From positions 236,435-300,434 of the forward strand of contig JAKUTX010000001.1 of assembly GCA_022447855.1 (NCBI GenBank): a stretch of 64,000 bases of DNA, read 5' to 3'. Shown here in pieces: positions 21,938 to 30,582 of the stretch (its first letter is position 1; each line of letters starts with the position of its first letter). The position numbers and the translations under genes were made by a program. The notes beneath the pieces are model-generated. The model was not told where the DNA came from. It searched no databases and saw only the letters and a list, made by a program, of their open reading frames with translations. This DNA is from SAR202 cluster bacterium (lineage in GTDB: Bacteria > Chloroflexota > Dehalococcoidia > Lucifugimonadales > UBA6927).

Positions 21938-22978
21938 ATGACTTTAGAACCTTTTGCCCCTGCTGGCATTGTTGAATTCGTTGAAGAAGAAGAGGTTCCC
22001 ATACCAAATCCTGATGTTTCAGAAATTGAAGCCGACGAACAATATGGAAAATTCGAAATTTCTCCACTCCAAAAGGGATTTGGAATCACATTAGGAAACC
22101 CAATTAGGCGAGTCCTATACAGTTCTCTACCTGGTGTTGCAATCACTTCAGTGAAAATAGACGATGTCTACCATGAATATTCTACTATTGAGGACGTTAA
22201 AGAAGAAGTCCCCGAAATCTTGTTAAACATCAAAGGTATTAGAATTTTGAATGAATCTGATACTGACAGACCTGGCAAAATGAGATTGGAGGTTTCAGGA
22301 GAAGGAGAGGTATGTGCAGGTGATATAATGCCCACATCAGATTTCCAAATAGTCAATCCCGAATTACATCTAGCAACTTTAAATTCTTCTAAAGCAAAAT
22401 TAAGTCTAGAAATGAACGTTGACCACGGAACTGGATACAAACCAGCATCCGCAATGGATGAATCTGATATAGGATTACTACCAGTAGATGCAATTTTTAC
22501 GCCCATTAGAAAGGTAAACTATTCTGTTGAACCTACACGTATTGGCCAAAACACGAATCTTGAAAAATTAATCGTAGAAGTTTGGACTGATGGTTCTATT
22601 TCTCCAAAAGATGCGATAGCAGATGCTTCGAAAATCCTATCCGAGCAATTCTACTTTATTTCCACGACAACACAAATTGTAGATACGGAAGATGAATCAT
22701 TAGCACCAAATCTGGTACCTCACGCAACAGCCAACATTAAAGTTGAAGATTTAGAATTATCCTCTAGGACCCTAAACTGCCTGAAGCGTGCCGATATTAA
22801 TACAGTCGGCGGCATCATGCAAACCAATAAAAAAGCTCTAATGCAAATTCGGAATTTCGGAGAGAAATCTTACAGGGAATTAGTAAGCATACTATTAGAA
22901 CTTGGTCTAGACCACAAATCCGGAGGACCTTCCAAAGACCCTGAAACTTTGGAAGAAACTGAAATTACCACTGAATAA
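21938..22978 (+). CDS. rpoA: DNA-directed RNA polymerase subunit alpha
   Basis: GFGITLGNPIRRVLYSSLPG N-terminal domain. C-terminal domain LELSSRTLNCLKRADINTVG...NFGEKS. Confidence 0.96.
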   Translation: MTLEPFAPAGIVEFVEEEEVPIPNPDVSEIEADEQYGKFEISPLQKGFGITLGNPIRRVLYSSLPGVAITSVKIDDVYHEYSTIEDVKEEVPEILLNIKGIRILNESDTDRPGKMRLEVSGEGEVCAGDIMPTSDFQIVNPELHLATLNSSKAKLSLEMNVDHGTGYKPASAMDESDIGLLPVDAIFTPIRKVNYSVEPTRIGQNTNLEKLIVEVWTDGSISPKDAIADASKILSEQFYFISTTTQIVDTEDESLAPNLVPHATANIKVEDLELSSRTLNCLKRADINTVGGIMQTNKKALMQIRNFGEKSYRELVSILLELGLDHKSGGPSKDPETLEETEITTE

Positions 22979-23027
22979 TCTACAACAATTAAACAAAATA
23001 CAAATTTTTATATAATGGAGCACCGAA

Positions 23028-23378
23028 ATGCGACACAAAATCGCACACAATAAATTATCTCGCAAACCTGCTCACCGAAACTTGATGTTAAGGTCAATGG
23101 TTACTGATCTAATAAGGCTTGAGTCCATAACTACTACTTCAGCACGTGCAAAGGAAGTTAGAAGAATGGCAGAAAAAGTCATCACCAAAGCGAAACAAAA
23201 TACTTTGCACAACAGATCTCAAGTCGGAGCAATACTAACTGACAAATCTTTGATGAATAAGCTTTTCACTGAAATTGCTCCCAGATATGAAAATCGTCCA
23301 GGTGGATATACCAGAATTACAAAGCAATCGTTCCGTAAAGGTGATGCGGCAGAAATATCTAAATTAGAGCTCGTTTAG
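23028..23378 (+). CDS. rplQ: 50S ribosomal protein bL17
   Basis: MRHKIAHNKLSRKPAHR start and GGYTRI motif. Confidence 0.96.
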   Translation: MRHKIAHNKLSRKPAHRNLMLRSMVTDLIRLESITTTSARAKEVRRMAEKVITKAKQNTLHNRSQVGAILTDKSLMNKLFTEIAPRYENRPGGYTRITKQSFRKGDAAEISKLELV

Positions 23379-23402
23379 ATATTATTGCAAATGGATTGTT
23401 GA

Positions 23403-24161
23403 ATGCATGTAGCATTGAAAATCGAATATGATGGTAAACGATATTCAGGTTTTCAATTTCAGCCCAATGCACACACCATTCAAGAGGAAATTGAACAATC
23501 AATTCTCCTCTTCACCCAACATAAAACAAGTATAGTTGGAGCTGGTAGAACAGATGCAGGTGTTCATGCTAAAGGCCAAATTGTTTCATTCCATATCGAT
23601 TCGAAGTACTCCCTACAAACAATTACAAATGCATTAAATTTTCATCTTCCAAATGATATCTCGGTCAAGTATGCAAAAAAAGTATCCGCTGAATTTAATC
23701 CTAGGAGAGACGCTACAAGCAGGGAATATGTTTATAAAATCCTAAATAGCCTAACCAGATCTCCAATCATTTCCAATTTTTCTTACCACTCATCAGAAAA
23801 ATTAAAAATGGATCTAATGGAAGAATCAATCACCAAATTCAAAGGGATTCACGACTTCAAACTATTCTCAGCAACACTAGAAGATCCTGATGCTTCCACA
23901 GTTAGACAAATCTATAATGCGACAATTATCAAAACGAGTGATATAATAGAGATTCGAATTGAAGGCAGTTCATTCCTTCCGCGCCAAGTACGTAGAATGG
24001 CAGGTGCTATTTTGGATTTGGGACGGTCAAAATTAACTATCAGTCAGTTCGAACAATTAATAGAGGCGAAAAAAACTTCAGCTACTGCACATGCTTTGCC
24101 AGCTAAGGGATTGTGTCTAGACGAAGTCAAATACAAAAATACTCCATATTGGGATAATTAA
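23403..24161 (+). CDS. truA: tRNA pseudouridine(38-40) synthase
   Basis: IEYDGKRYSGFQFQP and GAGRTDAGVHAKGQ (catalytic Asp) motifs. Confidence 0.93.
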   Translation: MHVALKIEYDGKRYSGFQFQPNAHTIQEEIEQSILLFTQHKTSIVGAGRTDAGVHAKGQIVSFHIDSKYSLQTITNALNFHLPNDISVKYAKKVSAEFNPRRDATSREYVYKILNSLTRSPIISNFSYHSSEKLKMDLMEESITKFKGIHDFKLFSATLEDPDASTVRQIYNATIIKTSDIIEIRIEGSSFLPRQVRRMAGAILDLGRSKLTISQFEQLIEAKKTSATAHALPAKGLCLDEVKYKNTPYWDN

Positions 24162-24162
24162 A

Positions 24163-24597
24163 ATGGCAAATAATGGTTTATACGAAACAAAATCCAGCGA
24201 TCTAAATCCGAAATGGCATCATTTCGACGCTGAGAATCAAACCCTGGGTAGATTGTCTAGCATGATAGCTAAGATCCTACAAGGAAAACATAAGCCTAAC
24301 TATGTTCCACATCTTAATACAGGTGATTTTATAGTAGTAACAAATGTTGAAAAAATCCGAGCTACAGGACAAAAACTCTCTGACAAAATGTACTATCAAC
24401 ATAGCGGATACCACGGTGGTTTGAGGACAGAAACATTATCGGACATCCTAGAAAAAAATCCAGAAAGAGTACTACGCAAGTCTGTTAAAGGAATGCTTCC
24501 CAAAAACCCGATGGGTCGTCACATGTTATCTAGACTAAAATTGTACTCCGGTAATGAGCATCCTCACCAAGCTCAACTCGGCATTGAAGAAAAGTAA
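24163..24597 (+). CDS. rplM: 50S ribosomal protein uL13
   Basis: [16 protein letters not shown]...KPNYVPH...GDFIVV pattern. Confidence 0.96.
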   Translation: MANNGLYETKSSDLNPKWHHFDAENQTLGRLSSMIAKILQGKHKPNYVPHLNTGDFIVVTNVEKIRATGQKLSDKMYYQHSGYHGGLRTETLSDILEKNPERVLRKSVKGMLPKNPMGRHMLSRLKLYSGNEHPHQAQLGIEEK

Positions 24598-24623
24598 ACT
24601 TTATCCAAAAACAGGAGACCAAG

Positions 24624-25022
24624 TTGGTTCAAAAAGAAAAATATTATTACGGAAAAGGTAAACGTAAATCAGCCGTCGCTAGAGTTCGTCTATATTCAGG
24701 CGATGGCCCCATTGTAGTTAACGATAAGCCAATAGAAGAATCACTGCCCTGGGATTCTTGGCAACAGCATGTAAATGAACCTTTTCGTGTTACACAGACT
24801 GAAGGAAAATACAGGGTCTCTGCCAAAGTATCTGGTGGTGGGCCTGTAGGTCAAGCTGGAGCTATAAGGCACGGAATCGCTAGAGCTTTACAAGAAGCTA
24901 ATCCCGCACTCAGGTCGCCACTAAAACGAGCGGGTTTATTAGTAAGAGATTCACGAGTTAAAGAGCGCAAAAAATATGGATTGAAACGAGCTCGTAAGGC
25001 TGAACAATACACTAAACGCTAA
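24624..25022 (+). CDS. rpsI: 30S ribosomal protein uS9
   Basis: [12 protein letters not shown] start region and [18 protein letters not shown]-terminus. TTG start. Confidence 0.95.
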   Translation: MVQKEKYYYGKGKRKSAVARVRLYSGDGPIVVNDKPIEESLPWDSWQQHVNEPFRVTQTEGKYRVSAKVSGGGPVGQAGAIRHGIARALQEANPALRSPLKRAGLLVRDSRVKERKKYGLKRARKAEQYTKR

Positions 25023-25076
25023 CAGCCGAGTGTGCGAACGGACCTTGTGAAGTTCGGATTAAGAGGGTGTGATTCG

Positions 25077-25793
25077 ATGAGTACAAAGTCAAAAAACCAA
25101 AATTCTGATATTGTTTTATCTCCTACTACGGAGAACTATTTACTCACAATTTTTCGCATGAATGAATTAGGCGAAAAAATTACCCAAACGGAATTGGCTG
25201 AGCGTCTTAAGTCAGTACCTTCACACGAACGGGTAGGTACTACATTGCCCTCTGTTAGAGGTATGATCAACAGAATGACTAAAGAGGGTCTAGTCAAAAC
25301 TGATCAAAATAAGGAAATAGTATTAACCCAACTAGGAAATCATTCGGCTGAAAGCATAGTCCGTCGCCATCGTTTATGTGAATGTATGGTGGTAGAATTA
25401 TTAGGATTAGAATTATACAAAGCTCACGAGCAAGCTCACCGTTTAGAACATGCAATCACCCCAGAACTTGAAGAAAAAATAGTGTCCAGATTAGGGAACC
25501 CCACAACTTGTCCATTCGGACACCCTATTCCTGGAAGTGGTTATAAAGCAAAAAATAAAAGCATGTCACTAGACACTATAACAGCAGGTAGTAAATTAAA
25601 AATTGACAGGGTTCCGGAAGATGACCAAAATCTCCTTAAGTATTTTGTAGACAATGATCTGATGCCAAACAAAAGTATCACAGTAACAAAATCTGAACGT
25701 AGTTTAGGAGTAATCACACTGAATACAGAAAACAATACAGATGTGGTCTTCAGCTTTGAAATAGCAAAATTAATCCACGTTACAAAATCCTAG
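25077..25793 (+). CDS. DtxR/MntR-family metal-dependent transcriptional regulator with C-terminal FeoA/SH3-like domain
   Basis: Winged-helix N-terminus and a metal/dimerisation region (RRHRLCECMVVELLG...AHEQAHRLEH). I prefer ATG 25077, which has GAGGGTG upstream, over the track start at 25032. Confidence 0.8.
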   Translation: MSTKSKNQNSDIVLSPTTENYLLTIFRMNELGEKITQTELAERLKSVPSHERVGTTLPSVRGMINRMTKEGLVKTDQNKEIVLTQLGNHSAESIVRRHRLCECMVVELLGLELYKAHEQAHRLEHAITPELEEKIVSRLGNPTTCPFGHPIPGSGYKAKNKSMSLDTITAGSKLKIDRVPEDDQNLLKYFVDNDLMPNKSITVTKSERSLGVITLNTENNTDVVFSFEIAKLIHVTKS

Positions 25794-25839
25794 GAATACA
25801 AAACACTACCAGGCAGTATTATTCAATCATACACCGATA

Positions 25840-26517
25840 TTATTCGGCAGGGTTTTGTTGAACGCCCCTCAAATACATCACCAATTTCCATCGTTCATCT
25901 TCAGTCAACAAATACCTAAACTGCGGCATCCATGACGGAGTTGGATTCCCCTGCACCGCTGACGCTAATCCAGAACGACCCCCGAAACTAATATAACCGA
26001 AAAGTTCCCCATCTGTAGCAGATGTGGCTGCGGTATCTAACAAGCTTCTTGGAGCAATACTTCCATGATCAAATTGTACTATCGGACCATTCCCATCAAG
26101 ATTATGACCATGACATACCTGGCAATTAGTAGCAAATAACTTTTGCGCTGAGACCACATTGTCCGGATCCGAATTCCAATCATCAATCACCCTTTGAGGA
26201 ACCCCCCAAGATGAATACTCTTCCATCGAACTTTTATCGATTTCAGCCCCCGTGATAGGAACCGAGTCAGCGACAGGCAAAATCCTAGGAATTTCTTGAC
26301 TACCGAATGAGGGCTGATAATGCATCTCAGAAAAGACTACAACAGCATGAGATCCAGTTTCTGGAAATGCTGGCAATTTAAACCTAATATCTTCGCTTAC
26401 AATCACATCTCCGGTATTATTATTGTAACAAGCAGTCAAAAACACACTAAGACTTAAAACAATTAATAAAACAAAGATATTTGTTCGAAAATTTTTCAAG
26501 AAACTCAATCCTTCCAA
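25840..26517 (-). CDS. actE: Alternative Complex III monohaem cytochrome c subunit (lipoprotein)
   Basis: Single CQVCH haem motif. N-terminal signal with lipobox-like FLTAC. Last gene of the act operon. Confidence 0.75.
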   Translation of the reverse strand: MEGLSFLKNFRTNIFVLLIVLSLSVFLTACYNNNTGDVIVSEDIRFKLPAFPETGSHAVVVFSEMHYQPSFGSQEIPRILPVADSVPITGAEIDKSSMEEYSSWGVPQRVIDDWNSDPDNVVSAQKLFATNCQVCHGHNLDGNGPIVQFDHGSIAPRSLLDTAATSATDGELFGYISFGGRSGLASAVQGNPTPSWMPQFRYLLTEDERWKLVMYLRGVQQNPAE

Positions 26518-27029
26518 CCATACTTTATGTCTTCAGCACCCGAGTCGCGTAACTTCTCCTCAGCAAGTGCTATACGATCTTCTTCACATGTAACAGTAAT
26601 TCCAATATAGCCCTCTGTTACACGCTCATCATAAGCACCCATAAACAATCTAGGCAATCTAGATTCAAATATTATCCCAACAACAGTCATAATTATTGCA
26701 CCAAGCATAGAACCTTCATACATAATAATAGACATCGCAGGCAAAGATAAAATAGGTTTTCCTCCAACTACTAATGGGTAAGCTAAAGATGTTCCAACAG
26801 TAAGAATCATTGCAACTGAAAATCCACAAGCAGCACCAAAAAGAGGCCATCTAAACAATTTATGTACTGGCTCACCTTCACCAAAAGTCCCCTCAGGGTA
26901 TGGTGTATCAGTCAATATGTCATATTCATTTTCTGCATATCCAGAATCCTTTAACGAATCAACAGCATCAGCTGCAATATCAACATTATCAAAAATACCA
27001 ATTATGCTACGCTTATTAAAAGAAATCAT
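26505..27029 (-). CDS. actD: Alternative Complex III subunit ActD (DUF3341-like)
   Basis: 174 aa with a soluble N-terminal part and two TM helices. Position between an NrfD-like subunit and the monohaem cytochrome. Confidence 0.7.
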   Translation of the reverse strand: MISFNKRSIIGIFDNVDIAADAVDSLKDSGYAENEYDILTDTPYPEGTFGEGEPVHKLFRWPLFGAACGFSVAMILTVGTSLAYPLVVGGKPILSLPAMSIIMYEGSMLGAIIMTVVGIIFESRLPRLFMGAYDERVTEGYIGITVTCEEDRIALAEEKLRDSGAEDIKYGWKD

Positions 27030-27040
27030 ATGATCAACTC

Positions 27041-28414
27041 CTATTCTCGTATGGACGCGGGAACTGTACGTCGACCCACTTTAATTTCATCACGGAAAAC
27101 CTCCCCTTCCTTAACATCAAAAAGAGGAACAAGAGGGAAGAATTTAGAAAATACTAAAACTCCCAATGTTACAAATGCAAAAGTAAAACAAACTAAAGCT
27201 ATTTCAATAATACTTGGATGATAAGTACCCCAATCAAACGTAAAAGGGGTTTTTCTTGCTAGACCTGGAATAATTATTAAAAACCTTTCCAGCCACATTC
27301 CTATATTTACAGAAATCGTAGTTAAAAACATTCCCATCGGACTTCTTCTAACCTTTTTGAATAACCACAATGGAACTGGAATAAAATATGAAGCAACAAT
27401 AAATACAAAGAACATCGGACCATAGGGCCATTCAAATACTTGCATGGTCCTCAAAGCAATTTCTGGATCTTCTAAAGTATAAATAGCGTAAAAGAATTCT
27501 AATGCGAAAAAGAAAAACCAAGTGGTAGCTACAACAATTAACAATCTACCAATAGCATCAAAGTGATCTCGAGTAATATAATTCTCTAATTTCCAACCCC
27601 ACACCATCAATGCCATTACCATTGCAACTGCAGAAACTCCAGAATGAATAGCACCAATAATAAAGTAAGGGGCAAAAATTGTAGAATGCCAACCCTCTAC
27701 AGCCACATTCACAGCAAAATCCCAAGAAACAATACTATGAACAGATACGAATACCGGCAAAACTAATGCTGAAAGCAAAATCCCAGCAACGGTCTGCAAT
27801 TTCCACTGACGAGGAGTACCTCTCCAACCTAAAGACAAAAATCCATAAATTCTTTTAGCCTTTTTCCCAGATGCACGATCTCTTACTACAGCCAAATCTG
27901 GAATTAAAGCAATAAAAACAAATAAAGAACTACCAATCAAATAAGTACCAATAGCGCTAGGATCCCAGATAAATGGAGAACGAACGTTTGGCCATACTCC
28001 TCTAGCAAAATCATATGGAGGAATCCAAATAAATCTCCATGGTCGACCAAGATGGAAAAAAATATTAGACAATGCAGCAATTAGAGAAAACAAAGTTAAA
28101 ACTTCAGCAGCCCTAGTTACAGGACGTCTCCATTCTGCCTGCGTGAGTCTTAAAATAGCAGATACCATTATACCCGCATGACTTATACCAATCCAAAAGA
28201 CAAAATTTGCAAGATAAAATCCCCAATAAACTGGTCTGTTAATCCCAGCGACTCCTATACCTTTATTCAACTCCCATCCATAAGCACACATAGCTATCAA
28301 TATAACTAGTAAGCATACGGAAGCTATAGGGACCCACCACCTTGGCAAGCCCAAAACGCCAGCAAGCAACTCTCGGTTTATTTTCTTTGGACCATGTTCA
28401 ATATATTCTTGCAC
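27041..28414 (-). CDS. actF: Alternative Complex III NrfD/PsrC-like integral membrane subunit (ActC/ActF type)
   Basis: 457 aa polytopic membrane protein (NRPVYWGFYLANFVFWIGISHAG motif typical of NrfD-like quinone-site subunits). The C versus F label is positional only. Confidence 0.7.
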   Translation of the reverse strand: MQEYIEHGPKKINRELLAGVLGLPRWWVPIASVCLLVILIAMCAYGWELNKGIGVAGINRPVYWGFYLANFVFWIGISHAGIMVSAILRLTQAEWRRPVTRAAEVLTLFSLIAALSNIFFHLGRPWRFIWIPPYDFARGVWPNVRSPFIWDPSAIGTYLIGSSLFVFIALIPDLAVVRDRASGKKAKRIYGFLSLGWRGTPRQWKLQTVAGILLSALVLPVFVSVHSIVSWDFAVNVAVEGWHSTIFAPYFIIGAIHSGVSAVAMVMALMVWGWKLENYITRDHFDAIGRLLIVVATTWFFFFALEFFYAIYTLEDPEIALRTMQVFEWPYGPMFFVFIVASYFIPVPLWLFKKVRRSPMGMFLTTISVNIGMWLERFLIIIPGLARKTPFTFDWGTYHPSIIEIALVCFTFAFVTLGVLVFSKFFPLVPLFDVKEGEVFRDEIKVGRRTVPASIRE

Positions 28415-28422
28415 TATACAAC

Positions 28423-29820
28423 CTACTCCGGTTTCCCAAGCACTTGGACTTCAGTCCTGTGAAATTGCTTATGAACCTGGTATATTAACAATTCTCGCTG
28501 TTCCCAAACATTAATAACTGGAATCAATCTAGTTCCTAACATATAAATTAGCACAGCCCCAGCTATCACTCCAATAGTTATGAGAATATCAAAAACATCT
28601 GGATAAACGGTTGCAGGAACCAACTCCAATGGAATCGGTCCATGCATATCAGCATCAGCAGGCACTGAGTAAGCTGCGACATATAATCTGACCCTATCAA
28701 AGAGAGTACCAACCAAAACAAAACATGCTATTAAAGGCGGTCCCCAAGTACTTCTTCTTACTGGGTTCCAAATCAAAGTAAAGAATGGAACAATAAAAAC
28801 TAAAATAAATACAGCAACAAAAAGCCACAAATAAGGACCTGTCATCAACAGATCCAAAGTGTAAAGTTCATTGGGCTTTTTGCCAAACCAGAAAATCATA
28901 AAACTAGAAAAAGAAAACCAAATCCATAGTAGAGAAGTTGCTAGTAATAACTTACCAAGTCCCCACATCTGATCAAATTGAATAAAATCAGAATAGCCAC
29001 CAAATTTCCTCATGACAAACAAAGTAACTAATACAGTCGCGACCCCACCTTGTAAAGCATTAAATGCGTGAGTAGCTGGGAACAAAGCATCTATCCAGCC
29101 AGGAACAAAAGGCATCAAAAAATCAGCAACAATAACAAAATGTGTGAAAACAAGCATCATGAAATAGAATGCTCCCAAAATACCCATTCTATGATTTACC
29201 ATAAACCACTGCCATGAGGTACCCTGCCAACCTCGAGCGAATACCTTAGCCCATTTCTGTCTCCAACCTGTACCATGATCTCGAATATAAGCTAAATCTG
29301 GCAAAGAACTTACCCACAACAAAAATAAGCCAGCAATAGCCATAGCGACTACTGATAATGCACCAACATAATGCGGAATATACCGTGCCACCTCACCTTC
29401 ATGATAAAACCAAAACGATCTCCTACCATCTTCTAAACCTGGCAAAACCAATATTAGGGGAACAAAAACAAGCGTAGAGATAAAACCCGACAAAGCCCAT
29501 AATTCTGCGGCACGAGAAGTGGAACGTCGCCAATGTGCTTTAACAATTCTAGGAGCTATAGCAACCATCGGAGCTCCCTGAGCAGTAGTCAAAATAAAAG
29601 CAAACACTGCAGCATAATAGCCCCATTTGTCATTATTAGATGTTCCATCAGAAGAAATTCGTAAAATAAACCCAACAATCCCTAAAACAAACAAAACAGC
29701 CAAAACCAAAGCAGAAACCTTGAAGAGATTACCTGTTTTGGAATGCCTTCTAAATAAATCTGAAGTCACACCATTTGATGTGGCATGATCTGAAGCACTA
29801 TTTTGACTAATGTGAGTCAT
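28423..29820 (-). CDS. actC: Alternative Complex III NrfD/PsrC-like integral membrane subunit (ActC/ActF type)
   Basis: 465 aa polytopic membrane protein, paralogous to the neighbouring gene. It directly follows the Fe-S subunit. The C versus F label is positional only. Confidence 0.7.
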   Translation of the reverse strand: MTHISQNSASDHATSNGVTSDLFRRHSKTGNLFKVSALVLAVLFVLGIVGFILRISSDGTSNNDKWGYYAAVFAFILTTAQGAPMVAIAPRIVKAHWRRSTSRAAELWALSGFISTLVFVPLILVLPGLEDGRRSFWFYHEGEVARYIPHYVGALSVVAMAIAGLFLLWVSSLPDLAYIRDHGTGWRQKWAKVFARGWQGTSWQWFMVNHRMGILGAFYFMMLVFTHFVIVADFLMPFVPGWIDALFPATHAFNALQGGVATVLVTLFVMRKFGGYSDFIQFDQMWGLGKLLLATSLLWIWFSFSSFMIFWFGKKPNELYTLDLLMTGPYLWLFVAVFILVFIVPFFTLIWNPVRRSTWGPPLIACFVLVGTLFDRVRLYVAAYSVPADADMHGPIPLELVPATVYPDVFDILITIGVIAGAVLIYMLGTRLIPVINVWEQRELLIYQVHKQFHRTEVQVLGKPE

Positions 29821-30571
29821 GATGCAATTCTGCGTCCTTATCTACCTTTTTTAAATATGTAATGCTTGGATGAGTACCATATTCTTCAAGCAAATGATAT
29901 CCTCTACCATCATGCTCCATCTCAGCGTGAGCAAGTTTACTAATTTCACTTTCAGTATCATTCATATCATAAAACATTAGAGTATTTGTTGGGCATGCAT
30001 TCACGCAAGCTGGATCCAATGCTCTCATAGCCAACTCATCCCCTTCACCTATTTCTCTCCCCTCGGACTTTGCACTTCTTCCAGCTTTGTGAATTCTTTG
30101 AATACAAAAAGTACATTTCTCCATAATACCCCTGCTACGAACTGTAACATCAGGATTTAACTGATTTTTGAGAGTCTCAGGCCAGCTTGGCTCCCAAAAA
30201 TTAAAAAACCTCACTTGATAAGGACAGTTATTTGCACAGAAACGAGTACCTATACATCGATTATAAACCTGCACATTCAATCCTGAAGAATTATGATAAG
30301 TTGCAAATACAGGACACACGGGCTCACAAGGAGCATCATCACAATGTTGACATAATACAGGTATAAATCTTGCCTTGACGTCTGGAAATTCACCTTCCCA
30401 ATAACGCTCAATATGAATCCAAGCCGAAGCACGTCGTTGATTATACAGAGGCTCATCATTTATAGGAACATTATTTTCTGACTGACATGCTACAACGCAA
30501 GCTTGACACCCAGTGCATTTGTCCAAGTCAACTACCATTCCCCATTTCTCATTCGCCATTTTCTTCTCCAT
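29807..30571 (-). CDS. actB: Alternative Complex III iron-sulfur subunit (ActB2, 4x Cys-cluster ferredoxin-like)
   Basis: Cluster motifs CTGCQACVVAC, CQHCDDAPCEPVCP, CIGTRFCANNCP and CTFC...CVNACP. Confidence 0.85.
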   Translation of the reverse strand: MEKKMANEKWGMVVDLDKCTGCQACVVACQSENNVPINDEPLYNQRRASAWIHIERYWEGEFPDVKARFIPVLCQHCDDAPCEPVCPVFATYHNSSGLNVQVYNRCIGTRFCANNCPYQVRFFNFWEPSWPETLKNQLNPDVTVRSRGIMEKCTFCIQRIHKAGRSAKSEGREIGEGDELAMRALDPACVNACPTNTLMFYDMNDTESEISKLAHAEMEHDGRGYHLLEEYGTHPSITYLKKVDKDAELHHDSH

Positions 30572-30582
30572 TAAATATCATA

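Noticed and set aside
27030-27221. A 63-aa plus-strand ORF at the actD/actF junction.
   Set aside because: It is antisense to the 3' end of the NrfD-like gene, has a Lys/Thr/Ser-rich low-complexity translation, and shows no start context.
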